The notes beneath the pieces are model-generated. The model saw only the letters and a program-made list of their open reading frames with translations. It searched no databases and was not told the DNA's origin. A DNA stretch of 64,000 nucleotides, taken from the NCBI GenBank assembly GCA_964406305.1, contig CAYORF010000005.1:729-64728 (forward strand), in the 5' to 3' direction. Shown in pieces: positions 26,508 through 35,890 of the stretch. This stretch comes from an uncultured Anaerolineales bacterium (GTDB lineage Bacteria; Chloroflexota; Anaerolineae; Anaerolineales; UBA11858). Numbering within the stretch: the stretch's first letter is position 1; each line of letters opens with the position of its first letter. The translations under genes were made by a program, and so were the position numbers.

Positions 26508-27758
26508 GTGTTTCGTTCACCCGATCAAGAACTATCTCGATCCCGTAAACGCAGGCTTTGGTATCTGTATGATGTAGGAAACTCAGCTTATGCGGCAGTT
26601 GTGATCCTGGCAATCTACGCTGCCTATTTCAAGGGGCATGTTGTTGGTGGCGCTGAAGGTTCGCGGCTGTGGGGTATCTCGGTGGGCATCGCCATGCTGG
26701 TCGTTGCGGTGATTTCACCTGTCCTGGGTGTGATCGCAGATCATACTGGGCAAAAGAAACGTTTGTTGATATATTTTACGATATTGTCTGTGACCTCTAC
26801 GGCCTTATTGTATTTTGTACAGAAAGGAGACATCCTGCTGGGCATGGTTCTTTTCATCCTGGCGGAAATCGGCTACAGGGGCGGGCAGGTTTTTTACAAT
26901 TCCTTGCTACCGGAAGTCGCTGATCAGGAGGAAATTGGACGGGTTTCCGGGAATGGCTGGGCGATCGGTTTAATTGGCGAGATAGTCTGTTTGCTGGTGG
27001 TCCTGGCCCTGGTGACGGTTTATGAGGGTACCTGGATCGTGCGTTTCTCACTGGTGATAACGGCAGTCTATTTTGCTGTCTTCGCAGCACCATTATTCAT
27101 TTGGTTCCGAGAAAAAGGGGAGAATAGAAAGCTCCTGACCGGAGAGAACATATTTTTAGTTGCAATCCAAAGACTAAGAAAATCCTTCCAGAGTGTAAAA
27201 AATCACAGGGAATTTGTTAAATACATTATTGCCTTCCTGATCTATAACGATGGAATTCTGATGGCGATCAATTTTGCCGCCATATTCGGAGCTGTGATGT
27301 TCGGGCTTGATCAACAGCAGATCATCCTGTTCATGATCCTGATCCAGTTCACAAGTGTGATCGGGGCTTATATCTCGGGCTGGATTGCGGACAAGAGAAG
27401 CGGAAAGGCAGCCCTTATCATATTCTTATTGATGATGATCGGTTCTGTTGTCGGTCTATTTATCGTTGAAACCGTGGCTGGATTTTATGTCATTGGTGGA
27501 ATCGCCGGGCTGGCTCTATCATCGGTTCAGGCAGTCAGCAGGGCTATGGTGGGCGCCCTGGCGCCTCCCGGCCGCAGTGCAGAGTTTTATGGATTTTTCG
27601 CGGTTGCTGGCAGGACATCTTCTTTCATTGGTCCCACGATTTATGGTTTTGTAGCCGCAGAAGCAGCCATTTTCTTTGAAGCCCAGGGTGAGGGAGCTTC
27701 ATTTTTGTGGTTTAAGCTGCTGGAAGGTGGAGCGCCCTTTGCAGAACAGTTGGGGTAG
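26508..27758 (+). CDS. MFS transporter, UMF1/Atg22-like, ending at an in-frame TAG that removes the last predicted TM helix (possible pseudogene or sequencing error)
   Basis: LWYLYDVGNSAYAAVV.. N-terminus typical of the UMF1 family, and multiple TM helices. GTG start after GAGGAG. See the finding on 27756-27869. Confidence 0.75.
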   Translation: MFRSPDQELSRSRKRRLWYLYDVGNSAYAAVVILAIYAAYFKGHVVGGAEGSRLWGISVGIAMLVVAVISPVLGVIADHTGQKKRLLIYFTILSVTSTALLYFVQKGDILLGMVLFILAEIGYRGGQVFYNSLLPEVADQEEIGRVSGNGWAIGLIGEIVCLLVVLALVTVYEGTWIVRFSLVITAVYFAVFAAPLFIWFREKGENRKLLTGENIFLVAIQRLRKSFQSVKNHREFVKYIIAFLIYNDGILMAINFAAIFGAVMFGLDQQQIILFMILIQFTSVIGAYISGWIADKRSGKAALIIFLLMMIGSVVGLFIVETVAGFYVIGGIAGLALSSVQAVSRAMVGALAPPGRSAEFYGFFAVAGRTSSFIGPTIYGFVAAEAAIFFEAQGEGASFLWFKLLEGGAPFAEQLG

Positions 27759-27876
27759 CGGGTTGCAATCCTGCCAGTGATCCTGTTCCTGATTGTGGGC
27801 ACGGCCATGCTCCTGGGAGTTAATGAAAAGAAGGCCAGGCAGCAGGGAGCCGAGACGGTGTCCGGTTAGTTCTTCC

Positions 27877-29172
27877 TCAGGTAACTTTCAACTGTTCCTT
27901 TGAGTAATTCTGGAAGATCCCATCTTCAACGATGGTTTTTATACGTTTAAGGGCGCGGTGAATATCCGTAAAACTGGTATATAGGGGTGCAATTCCCAGC
28001 CGGATGTTATTTGGAGCGCGGAAATCTGGGATGACTTTTAAGTTAGTGTCACCGGGTTGGGGGTCAATTAACGCCCGACATATCCGATATGATTCCGGGT
28101 GCCTGAGAGACACATGGGAGCCCCGCTGGGAGGAATCCAGGGGAGATCCAATTTCAAAACCTAGTGGATTCAATAATTCCTGTGCCAAGTAGATCAAGTA
28201 ATCGGTTTGTTTAATGCTCTTCTCCCGGAGTTGGTCCATACCAGCCTCCATTATGATTTCCAGAGCTGGCTCAATACCTGCCATTGAAAGGATATGAGGT
28301 GTGCTGATCTGGTAGCGAGAGATGCTATCAGCCGGAGTGAAGTCCAGATTAAAGGAGAAGGGAGCCTTGTCAGCAAACCAGCCCCAGATGGGGGGTAATA
28401 ATTCTTTCTGTAGATCTTTTCGGACATACAAGAAAGCAGGGGAACCGGGACCGCCGTTTAAATATTTATAAGTACAGCCAACAGCTAGATCCACATTCCA
28501 TTCATTCAACTCAAGAGGAACCGCGCCAACAGAATGACAAAGATCCCACATGGCCAGGGCTCCTTGTTGATGAGCTAGTTCTGTGACTTTCTGGATGTTA
28601 TACATGAAGGCGCTCTTAAATGCGACTTGGGTGAGAGCTACCAATGCAGTATCCTCGGTGATGGCATTATTGATGTTTTCTTCAGAAATGGAAATGGAAT
28701 CCTCTGAGCGGATCAAGTCCAATTTATGTCTGTCGTTCAGGAGGTCGATCACCCCCTGGAAAACATACAGGTCGGTGGGGAAGTTGAACTCATCACTGAG
28801 CAGAACTTTCTTTCCAGCCTGGTACCGCAGGGCGGCAGTCGCCAGTTTAAAGAGATTGACCGAGGTTGTGTCACAAACCACTACTTCGTCATCCCTGGCG
28901 CCGATCAGTTTGGCAATCCTGGATCCCAGCACGGTTGGCATTTCAAACCAACCTTTATTCCAACCCTCTATTAGATCTTTCCCCCACTGTTCCTCAATCA
29001 GGTTCTGGAGATGGGGAATCGTATCTTTTGGTAATCTTCCCAGAGAATTACCATCTAGATAGATCAGATTGGGATCAGCAATAATAAACCGTTCCCGGAA
29101 ACTGGCCAGTGGATCCTGGTTATCAAGTTGGGAGGCATAGAGTTCTTCAGTGTTTTTATTCATGAGCGGCAC
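27877..29172 (-). CDS. kynU: Kynureninase
   Basis: LIYLDGNSLGRLP, class-V aminotransferase fold pattern, and PLP-lysine context VGCTYKYLNGGPG. Confidence 0.88.
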   Translation of the reverse strand: MPLMNKNTEELYASQLDNQDPLASFRERFIIADPNLIYLDGNSLGRLPKDTIPHLQNLIEEQWGKDLIEGWNKGWFEMPTVLGSRIAKLIGARDDEVVVCDTTSVNLFKLATAALRYQAGKKVLLSDEFNFPTDLYVFQGVIDLLNDRHKLDLIRSEDSISISEENINNAITEDTALVALTQVAFKSAFMYNIQKVTELAHQQGALAMWDLCHSVGAVPLELNEWNVDLAVGCTYKYLNGGPGSPAFLYVRKDLQKELLPPIWGWFADKAPFSFNLDFTPADSISRYQISTPHILSMAGIEPALEIIMEAGMDQLREKSIKQTDYLIYLAQELLNPLGFEIGSPLDSSQRGSHVSLRHPESYRICRALIDPQPGDTNLKVIPDFRAPNNIRLGIAPLYTSFTDIHRALKRIKTIVEDGIFQNYSKEQLKVT

Positions 29173-29194
29173 CCTCTATTATAAAAATTTGTAA

Positions 29195-29911
29195 TTATAA
29201 ATCAGTGAAATGAGAGTATTGGCCTTGTGCCAGACGTTGTTTTCCTTCTTCCAAGAAATCTTCAGGAATGACTTTAAAGGTCTCTCCTACACTTGGATCT
29301 TGGGGTGTGCGGGGAGCGTTTCCGTTTTGCAGGGAAGTTACTGCTTCAGCCATTAATTCACCCGACAGAGTGGCAATGCGATAATTAATGCTTTCATAAG
29401 TATCATTGCGGAAGACAGCGAGTTCTTTTGAGATAATAATATCTCCGAGGTCGATTTCTGGATTTACAAAGTGAGCTGTAGCGCCTTGAGGTAGATCTTT
29501 ATATAAAGCCCAACCTACCGAAGCCGAACCGCGCAGCCAGGGAAGTATGCCCGGATGGGCATTGACAGTGGATTGCCGGGGTATTTCAAGGATTTTTGGT
29601 TTGATGATGCGCGTTCCACCCAGTACGAGGATGTCAGGTTTATCAGCTGCGAGCAGATCTCTGCAGGTATCGCTGTTATGATTTGATACACAATATACCG
29701 GGATTTTCTTGCCAGAGACTAGTTGCGTCAAACGGGGCGGCACTGGTTGACCAGCCATGCGTGTCAGGAATTTTTCTCGCTCTTCATCACCTACATTTGA
29801 CACTTCCTGGATGATCATGCTAGGAATTAGGTCATTTTCGAGCAGGATCCGGAGCATTTCCCGGCCATAAGGATGTTCTTCTAATACGAGGAAAGCAAAG
29901 CGAAGGGGCAT
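29195..29911 (-). CDS. Formyltransferase-family protein
   Basis: Formyl_trans_N-like pattern: DILVLGGTRII.., VNAHPGILPWLRGSASVGWAL, and D at ..PEIDLGDII. Confidence 0.65.
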   Translation of the reverse strand: MPLRFAFLVLEEHPYGREMLRILLENDLIPSMIIQEVSNVGDEEREKFLTRMAGQPVPPRLTQLVSGKKIPVYCVSNHNSDTCRDLLAADKPDILVLGGTRIIKPKILEIPRQSTVNAHPGILPWLRGSASVGWALYKDLPQGATAHFVNPEIDLGDIIISKELAVFRNDTYESINYRIATLSGELMAEAVTSLQNGNAPRTPQDPSVGETFKVIPEDFLEEGKQRLAQGQYSHFTDL

Positions 29912-30018
29912 AACGGTATACCTTTTTGTTGATGAGAAATTCTAGTTTTACCCCATCCGATTATACTCCGTAACACTACGGTCGTTGATCTGTAGTTATG
30001 ATATCGATTGGAATTTAA

Positions 30019-30639
30019 CTAGGATGAATGAAGTATGGAAAGAGCTGTGGGTTGGATGAGCCCGGTCCAGTTCCAGTACATTTCCCAGGTGGGGTGAAGG
30101 CCGTCATCCGCTAATAACTCGGGGTGCTGTTCTGCGAAACGTGAACTGGAGGTTACGTCAGTATATTTCACTCCCCGGGAGCGGGCACCTGCCAGATTAA
30201 TTGCATTATATTGATCAAGCTCTTCCTGGACATGGCCGCGATCAAACTTTCCAGCATGAGGAGTAACACTCCAATCGGGTATGGACAGCACCAGGACACC
30301 CTCAGCGCCTTTACGAGATAAGCTGATGCTTCGGTCCAGTAAATCCCTGAAATTCTCCGCATAAACAGACGGTTCAATTCTTTCATACTGATCATTGACC
30401 CCGATCTGAAGGCAGACAAGGTTAAATGACCCACTGGGAGGGTTAGCGTTGAGAGCTTCGATCAAATTCAGGCTGGTCCAGCCACTCTGGGCAATTATTA
30501 GAGGATCTGCAATCTTGATGCCCTTCTGGCGGAGCTGGCTGGTCAATTGAAAAGGCCAGCTGTCTTCTAAAGGCAGACCGCTGCCAATGGTATAGGAGTC
30601 ACCCAGAGCGAGCATCCGTAAAGATTTGGAAGCCATCAT
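30019..30639 (-). CDS. SGNH/GDSL hydrolase family protein
   Basis: Block I LALGDSYTIG, block III IGVND, block V DDGLHP. Confidence 0.85.
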   Translation of the reverse strand: MMASKSLRMLALGDSYTIGSGLPLEDSWPFQLTSQLRQKGIKIADPLIIAQSGWTSLNLIEALNANPPSGSFNLVCLQIGVNDQYERIEPSVYAENFRDLLDRSISLSRKGAEGVLVLSIPDWSVTPHAGKFDRGHVQEELDQYNAINLAGARSRGVKYTDVTSSSRFAEQHPELLADDGLHPTWEMYWNWTGLIQPTALSILHSS

Positions 30640-30655
30640 AGGTTGTGCTGCCGTG

Positions 30656-31882
30656 TTAGATAATCCTGATAAAACGTCTTTTTCCTACTTGCAGTACTCC
30701 AGCGCCTGGGAATTCGGCATGGGGGTCATCCAATTTCTTGTCATCCAACTTCACCGCGCCCTGCTGGATCATGCGTCTGGCCTGGCTCCGGCTTTCAACC
30801 AATTTTGCCCCTTCGAGAACATCAAGAACTGACAGGCCTTTTTCAAGCTTATATTCATCCATCTCTTCCGGCTGGCCTTGCTCCTGAAATACCCGGACGA
30901 ACTCGGCCTCCGCTTTTTCAGCTTCTTCCTGGCCGTGATAAATGGTGACTATTTCCCGGGCCAGTTTCATCTTTGCGTCTTTTGGATGGACCTTCCCGTT
31001 ACTGAACTCGGTTTCAAAACTTTCGATCTCGTCCGGCGTCCAACGTGTGACCAGGCGGCAGAAAATACCCATGGCTTTGTCGGGGATGCTCATCATTTTT
31101 CCGTACATGTCTTTAGGATCGCCAGCGATGGGAATATCGTTGCCCAGGGATTTACTCATCCTGATCTCGCCGTCTGTGCCGGGCAGGATTGACATAGTGA
31201 TGCCAATATTAGGTTTTTTACCCAGCGCAGACATCAGTTTCCTGGCAGCAGTGACAATATTAAAGAGTTGGTCGGTCCCGCCTATTTGGACATCTGCATC
31301 CAGCATATAGGCATCGTATCCCTGCATCCAGGCATAAAAGAATTCATGCAGGTAAACGGGGTCATTATTGTTGTACCGTTTGGAAAAATTATCCCGGGTC
31401 AGGAACTGCTGGACGGTAAAGTTGGAGCTGATGTGGATTACATCTTCAAAGGTTAGTTTGGACAGCCATTCAGCGTTATGTTTGATGATAGTTTTATCGC
31501 GGTCAAGGATCTTAAATGCCTGTTCTGCATATGTGTTGGCATTCTCGGCCACTTTTTCTTGGCTCAAGCGCGGGCGCAATTTATCCTTATCTGATGGGTC
31601 TCCAACTAAAGTTGTGAAATCGCCTATCAGGAAAGTCACCTCATGGCCTAATTCCTGAAACTGGCTCAGTTTGCGCATGGTAACGGTGTGCCCCAGATGC
31701 AGATCAGGGGCAGTGGGATCATAGCCGCAGTAGACTTTCAAAGGGCGTTTAACTTTTTCCGCTTCCAGTAGGCGTTCTTTTAGTTCGGCGGCCATAGCCT
31801 TTTTTATCTGTTCATCGCCGTAATCGGCTCCCTGCATCAGATAGGTTACTTGTTCATCTATGGACATTTTTCTCTTTGCCAT
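30656..31882 (-). CDS. tyrS: Tyrosine--tRNA ligase
   Basis: GYDPTAPDLHLGHTV (HIGH), RMSKSLGN (KMSKS), and C-terminal S4-like domain (SRSQARRMIQQGAVKLD). Confidence 0.95.
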   Translation of the reverse strand: MAKRKMSIDEQVTYLMQGADYGDEQIKKAMAAELKERLLEAEKVKRPLKVYCGYDPTAPDLHLGHTVTMRKLSQFQELGHEVTFLIGDFTTLVGDPSDKDKLRPRLSQEKVAENANTYAEQAFKILDRDKTIIKHNAEWLSKLTFEDVIHISSNFTVQQFLTRDNFSKRYNNNDPVYLHEFFYAWMQGYDAYMLDADVQIGGTDQLFNIVTAARKLMSALGKKPNIGITMSILPGTDGEIRMSKSLGNDIPIAGDPKDMYGKMMSIPDKAMGIFCRLVTRWTPDEIESFETEFSNGKVHPKDAKMKLAREIVTIYHGQEEAEKAEAEFVRVFQEQGQPEEMDEYKLEKGLSVLDVLEGAKLVESRSQARRMIQQGAVKLDDKKLDDPHAEFPGAGVLQVGKRRFIRII

Positions 31883-32043
31883 CTACTTCTCCCAAAACTT
31901 GACTGGTGCTTACATAATAACACGCCCCCAATTGGAGGGCGTGTGAAGAAGCACTGATCTATTAATACGGGTCAGCGCTTCTAGTGGTGGTAATAATTCA
32001 GGTCCTGAACAGATGAGCTTTTCAGGTTCATGAAGCTATTATA

Positions 32044-32086
32044 ACTTAAAAACAGGATACGGTTTCCCTGGAGGAAACCGTATCCT
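32044..32086 (-). terminator. Rho-independent terminator of ileS
   Basis: 14-bp stem AGGATACGGTTTCC / GGAAACCGTATCCT (32054-32086) followed on the minus strand by GTTTTT. Confidence 0.75.
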
Positions 32087-32097
32087 TGTTGTTGATA

Positions 32098-35000
32098 CTA
32101 TTTCGCTACTTCCAACCCAAGTGTCGCTTCTTCTCCCTCGAATTGGGCAGTCCCGTTGAAGGTGCTTTTGGTGGGATCGCCTTCTTCCATCTTGAGGGTA
32201 AGTGTTTCCCCCATGATGTAATCCCGGTGCTTTGTAATCGCACTCTGCAGGGCGGGGGTTGCCTGGTAGACCAGGTAGATCCTGTCGGCAATATCGAAAT
32301 CAGCCTGTTTGCGGAAATCCTGAATGCGCCGGACCATCTCCCGGGCCAGACCTTCTTCCCGCAGAGCGTCGGTGATCTCGGTTTCAATAGCCACAGTCAG
32401 AAATTTGCTGTCAACAGTGGCCAATCCTTCTGCTGCCACCGTTTGCACCAGAACCTCATCTGCTTCCAACGAGATCTCTTCTTTATCTACCTTGATAGGA
32501 ATGAGACTGCCTTCACTGGCCAGAGCGGCAACTTGATTTGGATCCAGCTTAGCAAGCGCTGCGGAAACTTTGGGGAAGTTAGCACCATATTTTGGTCCCA
32601 GGAGCTTGTTATTGGGGAGAACCTTATAGCCCAAAAGGGATTCTGCCTCCTGGACAAAAACCAGGTCTTTAACGTTCAGCTCGTCCTGGACGATCTCGAT
32701 TAACTCGTCATCTAGTTCTGCCCGACCTTCCTTGACGTGAACCAGCACCTGGGACAGAGGTTGCCTGACCTTAATGCCGGCATTGCTACGGGCGCTCAGT
32801 CCCTGGCTGGCGGTTTCTCGGGCCAGCTTCATCTGCTCGATCAGCTTCAGGTCGATAGCTTTGGAATCAGCTTCGGGCCAGAGCGTGTGATGGATACTTT
32901 CCCGTGCATCTGGGTATACGGAACGGACCAGATTCTGATAGATATCTTCTGTCAGGAAAGGAATTAAGGGCGCTAAGGTGCGGATCATCTTGACCAATAC
33001 ATGCCAGAGTGTAGCATAGGCAGTGTTCTTGTCCTGGTCAGTTTCAGTTTTCCAGTAGCGTCTTCGGGAACGGCGCACATACCAGTTACTCAGATCATCA
33101 AGCATGGATTCAAAAATCAGGGTAGCGTTGTAGGCGTTGGAATTCTCAAAATCCTTGTTGACTTGCTCGACAGTCTGGTTCAATCGGCCCAGGATCCAGC
33201 GATCCAACGGGTTCTCAGATTTTGGTGTGGGTCCTTCCGGTGTATCCTTATCGAAATCCTTCATATTCGGCTCCCAGCCGTCAATTTCGGCATAGGTAGT
33301 AAAGAAGGAATATACGTTCCAGAAGGGGATGATAAATCGACGCCGGGTTTCCTCGGCCCGCTGGTAACCAAAGAGCAGATTATTTTCTGGTTTGTGTGCG
33401 CAGTATAACCAGCGCATAACGTCCACGCCCATTTTATCCGCGGCTTGATTAAACTCGATCGAGTTGCCCGCTGATTTATGCATTTCCCGGCCATCTTCTG
33501 CAAGCAAGCTGGCGTAGCTGAAATTCTCCAGGAATGGCGGTGAACCATCCAATACTGTCCCCATTGCCAGAAGGCTGTAGAACCAATTTCGGAACTGACC
33601 GGGGAATGATTCACTGATCCAGTGGGCGGGATACCATTTTTCCCAGAACTCGGTGTCAAACCGGTAGCTCACTGTGGAGAACGGAACGATGCCTGCGTCA
33701 AGCCAGGGGTTTCCCACATCAGGAACCCGGGTCATTTTGTTTCCGCATTTATCACAGGCAATGACGACTTCATCGATATAGGGGCGGTGAGGAGTGTGTC
33801 CTTTAAATGACTCGTATCCTTCAATTGCCCGTTCTTCCAGTTCGTCATCGTCACCAACTACATGGAAATGGTCGCAATCTTCGCAGACCCAGATTGGCAA
33901 AGCCAGACCCCAATAGCGTTTTTTGGAGATCATCCAATCATGCATATTCTTGAGCCAATCCAGCTCTCTTGCATGGCCAAATTCAGGGATCCAGCGGATC
34001 TGATCTACAACATCCATGATCTGATAACGTAGGCTAGCATCTTTTTCGGCCTGGGTCAGTTCTTCCCGGGGTTTATCATAACTCTCACCCATGCTGATGA
34101 ACCATTCATCAACCAGCCGGAAGACCAATTCGGTTTTACAGCGCCAGCAGGTGGGGTAGCGGTGAGTATAGGGTTCTACATGATATAAAACCCCTTTATT
34201 TTCCAGATCCGCGAAGATATCTTCGGCGACATCGGAAACGTGTTTGCCAGTCAACCAATCAAAACCTTCGACGAAGTAACCCTCTTCGGTGAGGGGAGCA
34301 AGCCTGGGCAGGAGAGTTTCAAATGAGAGCTGAAAGTCCTCCGCGCCGCAGCCAGGCGCAATGTGGACAATGCCTGTACCTTCTTCATCTCCAACCTCAT
34401 CCCACAGGATGACCTGGTGGGCTTCTACTGCGCTTTGAGTGATGCCTTCTCTGAGTTCCTTGATATCTGTCACGCCGCCCTTAGTTTGAGCTGCAGGCAG
34501 ATCGTCAAATGGGCCGTCAAATGTCCAGCCTTCCATCTCTTTGCCTTTGATCTCTCCTAGCACCTTATATTCTCCTCTAAGCATCCCCATCGTACCCTTG
34601 GACAGGTAAACGATATGATCCTGGCCTTTATTGGGCGCTGGGAGTGATATCTGAACCTTGAGGTAGGTTAGCTCCGGGCCAACCGCAGCGGCCACGTTGC
34701 TGGTCAGGGTCCAGGGAGTTGTCGTCCAGATCAGGAGGGATTCCCCGGGACGTTCCCGCAATGGGAAGCGCAATGTGACCGAGCGGTGGGTAAGCTCGGC
34801 ATATCCGTCTGTCACGATTTCATGCTGGCTGATAGCAGTGGCGCAGCGTGGGCACCAGGGCATAACGTCGGCGCCTCGATAGAGCCAATCATTCTCCCAG
34901 CATTTCTTGAGGAATTTCCAGATCATGTAATTGTTTTCGTTGGAGAAGGTGAAATACGAACCGCCCAGTTCCTCCAAACCCAAACGACCAACGATCTGTT

Positions 35001-35538
35001 CCACGGTATCGGTCACAGGTCCTTTTGGACCGGGCACTGTTATTTCCTGTAGGGGATCGTCAACCAGTTTTTCAGCCAATTCTCGCAGGGTTTCAGGATT
35101 GTTCCAATCCATCCAGTATCCAAGGCGGATGGATTGTTCGGTTTGGACGGCCGCATATTTCAGCACTCGGGCTTTACATTCCCGGACAAATTTGGCAAGG
35201 CCGTAGCTTTCAATATCTTTTTTAGATTTAAAACCTTTTTCTTTTTCGACTTCAACCTCAACCCATAATCCCTGGCAGTCAAAGCCGTTCTGGTAGCGAA
35301 GTTCACGCCCCTTCATGGTCCAGAAGCGGTTGAAGAGGTCTTTATAAGTTCGCCCCCAGCCGTGATGCACGCCCATGGGGTTATTGGCAGTGATGGGTCC
35401 ATCGATAAACGACCAGGGAGGTTGGCCTTTGTGCAGATCGCGTTGGGTCTGAAAGGCGTTTGTATCCTCCCAGAATTCGAGAGTTTGATGTTCCTGTTTT
35501 ATAAAATCAACTTCGTTTGGCGCTTTTTTGATAGCCAT
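32098..35538 (-). CDS. ileS: Isoleucine--tRNA ligase
   Basis: PITANNPMGVHHGWGRT (HIGH-type), EMHKSAGN (KMSKS-type), editing-domain-sized insertion, 1146 aa, and a T-box leader upstream. Confidence 0.95.
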   Translation of the reverse strand: MAIKKAPNEVDFIKQEHQTLEFWEDTNAFQTQRDLHKGQPPWSFIDGPITANNPMGVHHGWGRTYKDLFNRFWTMKGRELRYQNGFDCQGLWVEVEVEKEKGFKSKKDIESYGLAKFVRECKARVLKYAAVQTEQSIRLGYWMDWNNPETLRELAEKLVDDPLQEITVPGPKGPVTDTVEQIVGRLGLEELGGSYFTFSNENNYMIWKFLKKCWENDWLYRGADVMPWCPRCATAISQHEIVTDGYAELTHRSVTLRFPLRERPGESLLIWTTTPWTLTSNVAAAVGPELTYLKVQISLPAPNKGQDHIVYLSKGTMGMLRGEYKVLGEIKGKEMEGWTFDGPFDDLPAAQTKGGVTDIKELREGITQSAVEAHQVILWDEVGDEEGTGIVHIAPGCGAEDFQLSFETLLPRLAPLTEEGYFVEGFDWLTGKHVSDVAEDIFADLENKGVLYHVEPYTHRYPTCWRCKTELVFRLVDEWFISMGESYDKPREELTQAEKDASLRYQIMDVVDQIRWIPEFGHARELDWLKNMHDWMISKKRYWGLALPIWVCEDCDHFHVVGDDDELEERAIEGYESFKGHTPHRPYIDEVVIACDKCGNKMTRVPDVGNPWLDAGIVPFSTVSYRFDTEFWEKWYPAHWISESFPGQFRNWFYSLLAMGTVLDGSPPFLENFSYASLLAEDGREMHKSAGNSIEFNQAADKMGVDVMRWLYCAHKPENNLLFGYQRAEETRRRFIIPFWNVYSFFTTYAEIDGWEPNMKDFDKDTPEGPTPKSENPLDRWILGRLNQTVEQVNKDFENSNAYNATLIFESMLDDLSNWYVRRSRRRYWKTETDQDKNTAYATLWHVLVKMIRTLAPLIPFLTEDIYQNLVRSVYPDARESIHHTLWPEADSKAIDLKLIEQMKLARETASQGLSARSNAGIKVRQPLSQVLVHVKEGRAELDDELIEIVQDELNVKDLVFVQEAESLLGYKVLPNNKLLGPKYGANFPKVSAALAKLDPNQVAALASEGSLIPIKVDKEEISLEADEVLVQTVAAEGLATVDSKFLTVAIETEITDALREEGLAREMVRRIQDFRKQADFDIADRIYLVYQATPALQSAITKHRDYIMGETLTLKMEEGDPTKSTFNGTAQFEGEEATLGLEVAK

Positions 35539-35851
35539 CCTGCCTCCAGAAATAAAAAAACTCTCATCCCTATCGGGACGAGAGTGAAAAACTCACGCGG
35601 TACCACCCGGATTCCCGCAAAAAAGCGGGCTCTCAGTGAGGGCTCACAAATTGTCTAAATATGTTTATTGTTTAGCCTCGCACCCTGGTAACGGGGGTGA
35701 ACCCGGATCCCTTAATAACCTGTGGCGTTCAGTTCACGGCTCCGAAAGGATTTTCAAACTGGTTTTTCTGGCCCGGCTTCCACCATTCCCGGGTTCGCTG
35801 GCAGATCTTTCCAGCCTTACTCGTTTTCATCGTTGCCTTTATTAATATGAT
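35539..35851 (-). promoter_or_regulatory. T-box riboswitch leader of ileS
   Basis: Minus-strand RNA contains: a stem I K-turn-like GCAACGAUGAAAACGAGUA; an AGCGA bulge; a distal loop CCCGG-GAAUGGUGGAAG-CCGGG; the conserved T-box AAUCCGGGUGGUACCGCG (35596-35608 region); and the terminator CUCUCGUCCC-GAUA-GGGAUGAGAG + U7 (35554-35584). Candidate AUC specifier at 35749-35751. Confidence 0.85.
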
Positions 35852-35857
35852 GGGGTG

Positions 35858-35886
35858 ATTATGCCATAAACGAACAGGCTGGTCAA
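35858..35886 (-). promoter_or_regulatory. Sigma70-type promoter of the ileS T-box leader
   Basis: Minus strand: TTGACC (35881-35886), 17-nt spacer, CATAAT (35858-35863). Confidence 0.5.
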
Positions 35887-35890
35887 CGGT

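Noticed and set aside
27756-27758. The in-frame TAG as a pyrrolysine codon.
   Set aside because: No pyl genes or PYLIS-like context are visible in the window. A nonsense mutation or a sequence error is more parsimonious. It is kept as a finding only as an interrupted gene.
27877-30639. Kynureninase + formyltransferase-like + SGNH hydrolase as a complete kynurenine pathway cluster.
   Set aside because: No tryptophan 2,3-dioxygenase or recognisable kynurenine formamidase is present. The adjacency alone does not support a pathway call.
31883-32043. Possible T-box or other riboswitch upstream of tyrS.
   Set aside because: No GGUGGUACCGCG-like T-box sequence occurs on the minus strand. The only features are the ileS terminator, a CCTGAA/TTCAGG hairpin and a CACGCCC/GGGCGTG hairpin. 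That is not enough to call a regulatory RNA.
32086-32703. 205-aa plus-strand ORF, along with several other ORFs of 60-135 aa, antisense to ileS.
   Set aside because: They lie entirely within the strongly supported ileS coding region on the opposite strand and have no independent signals.
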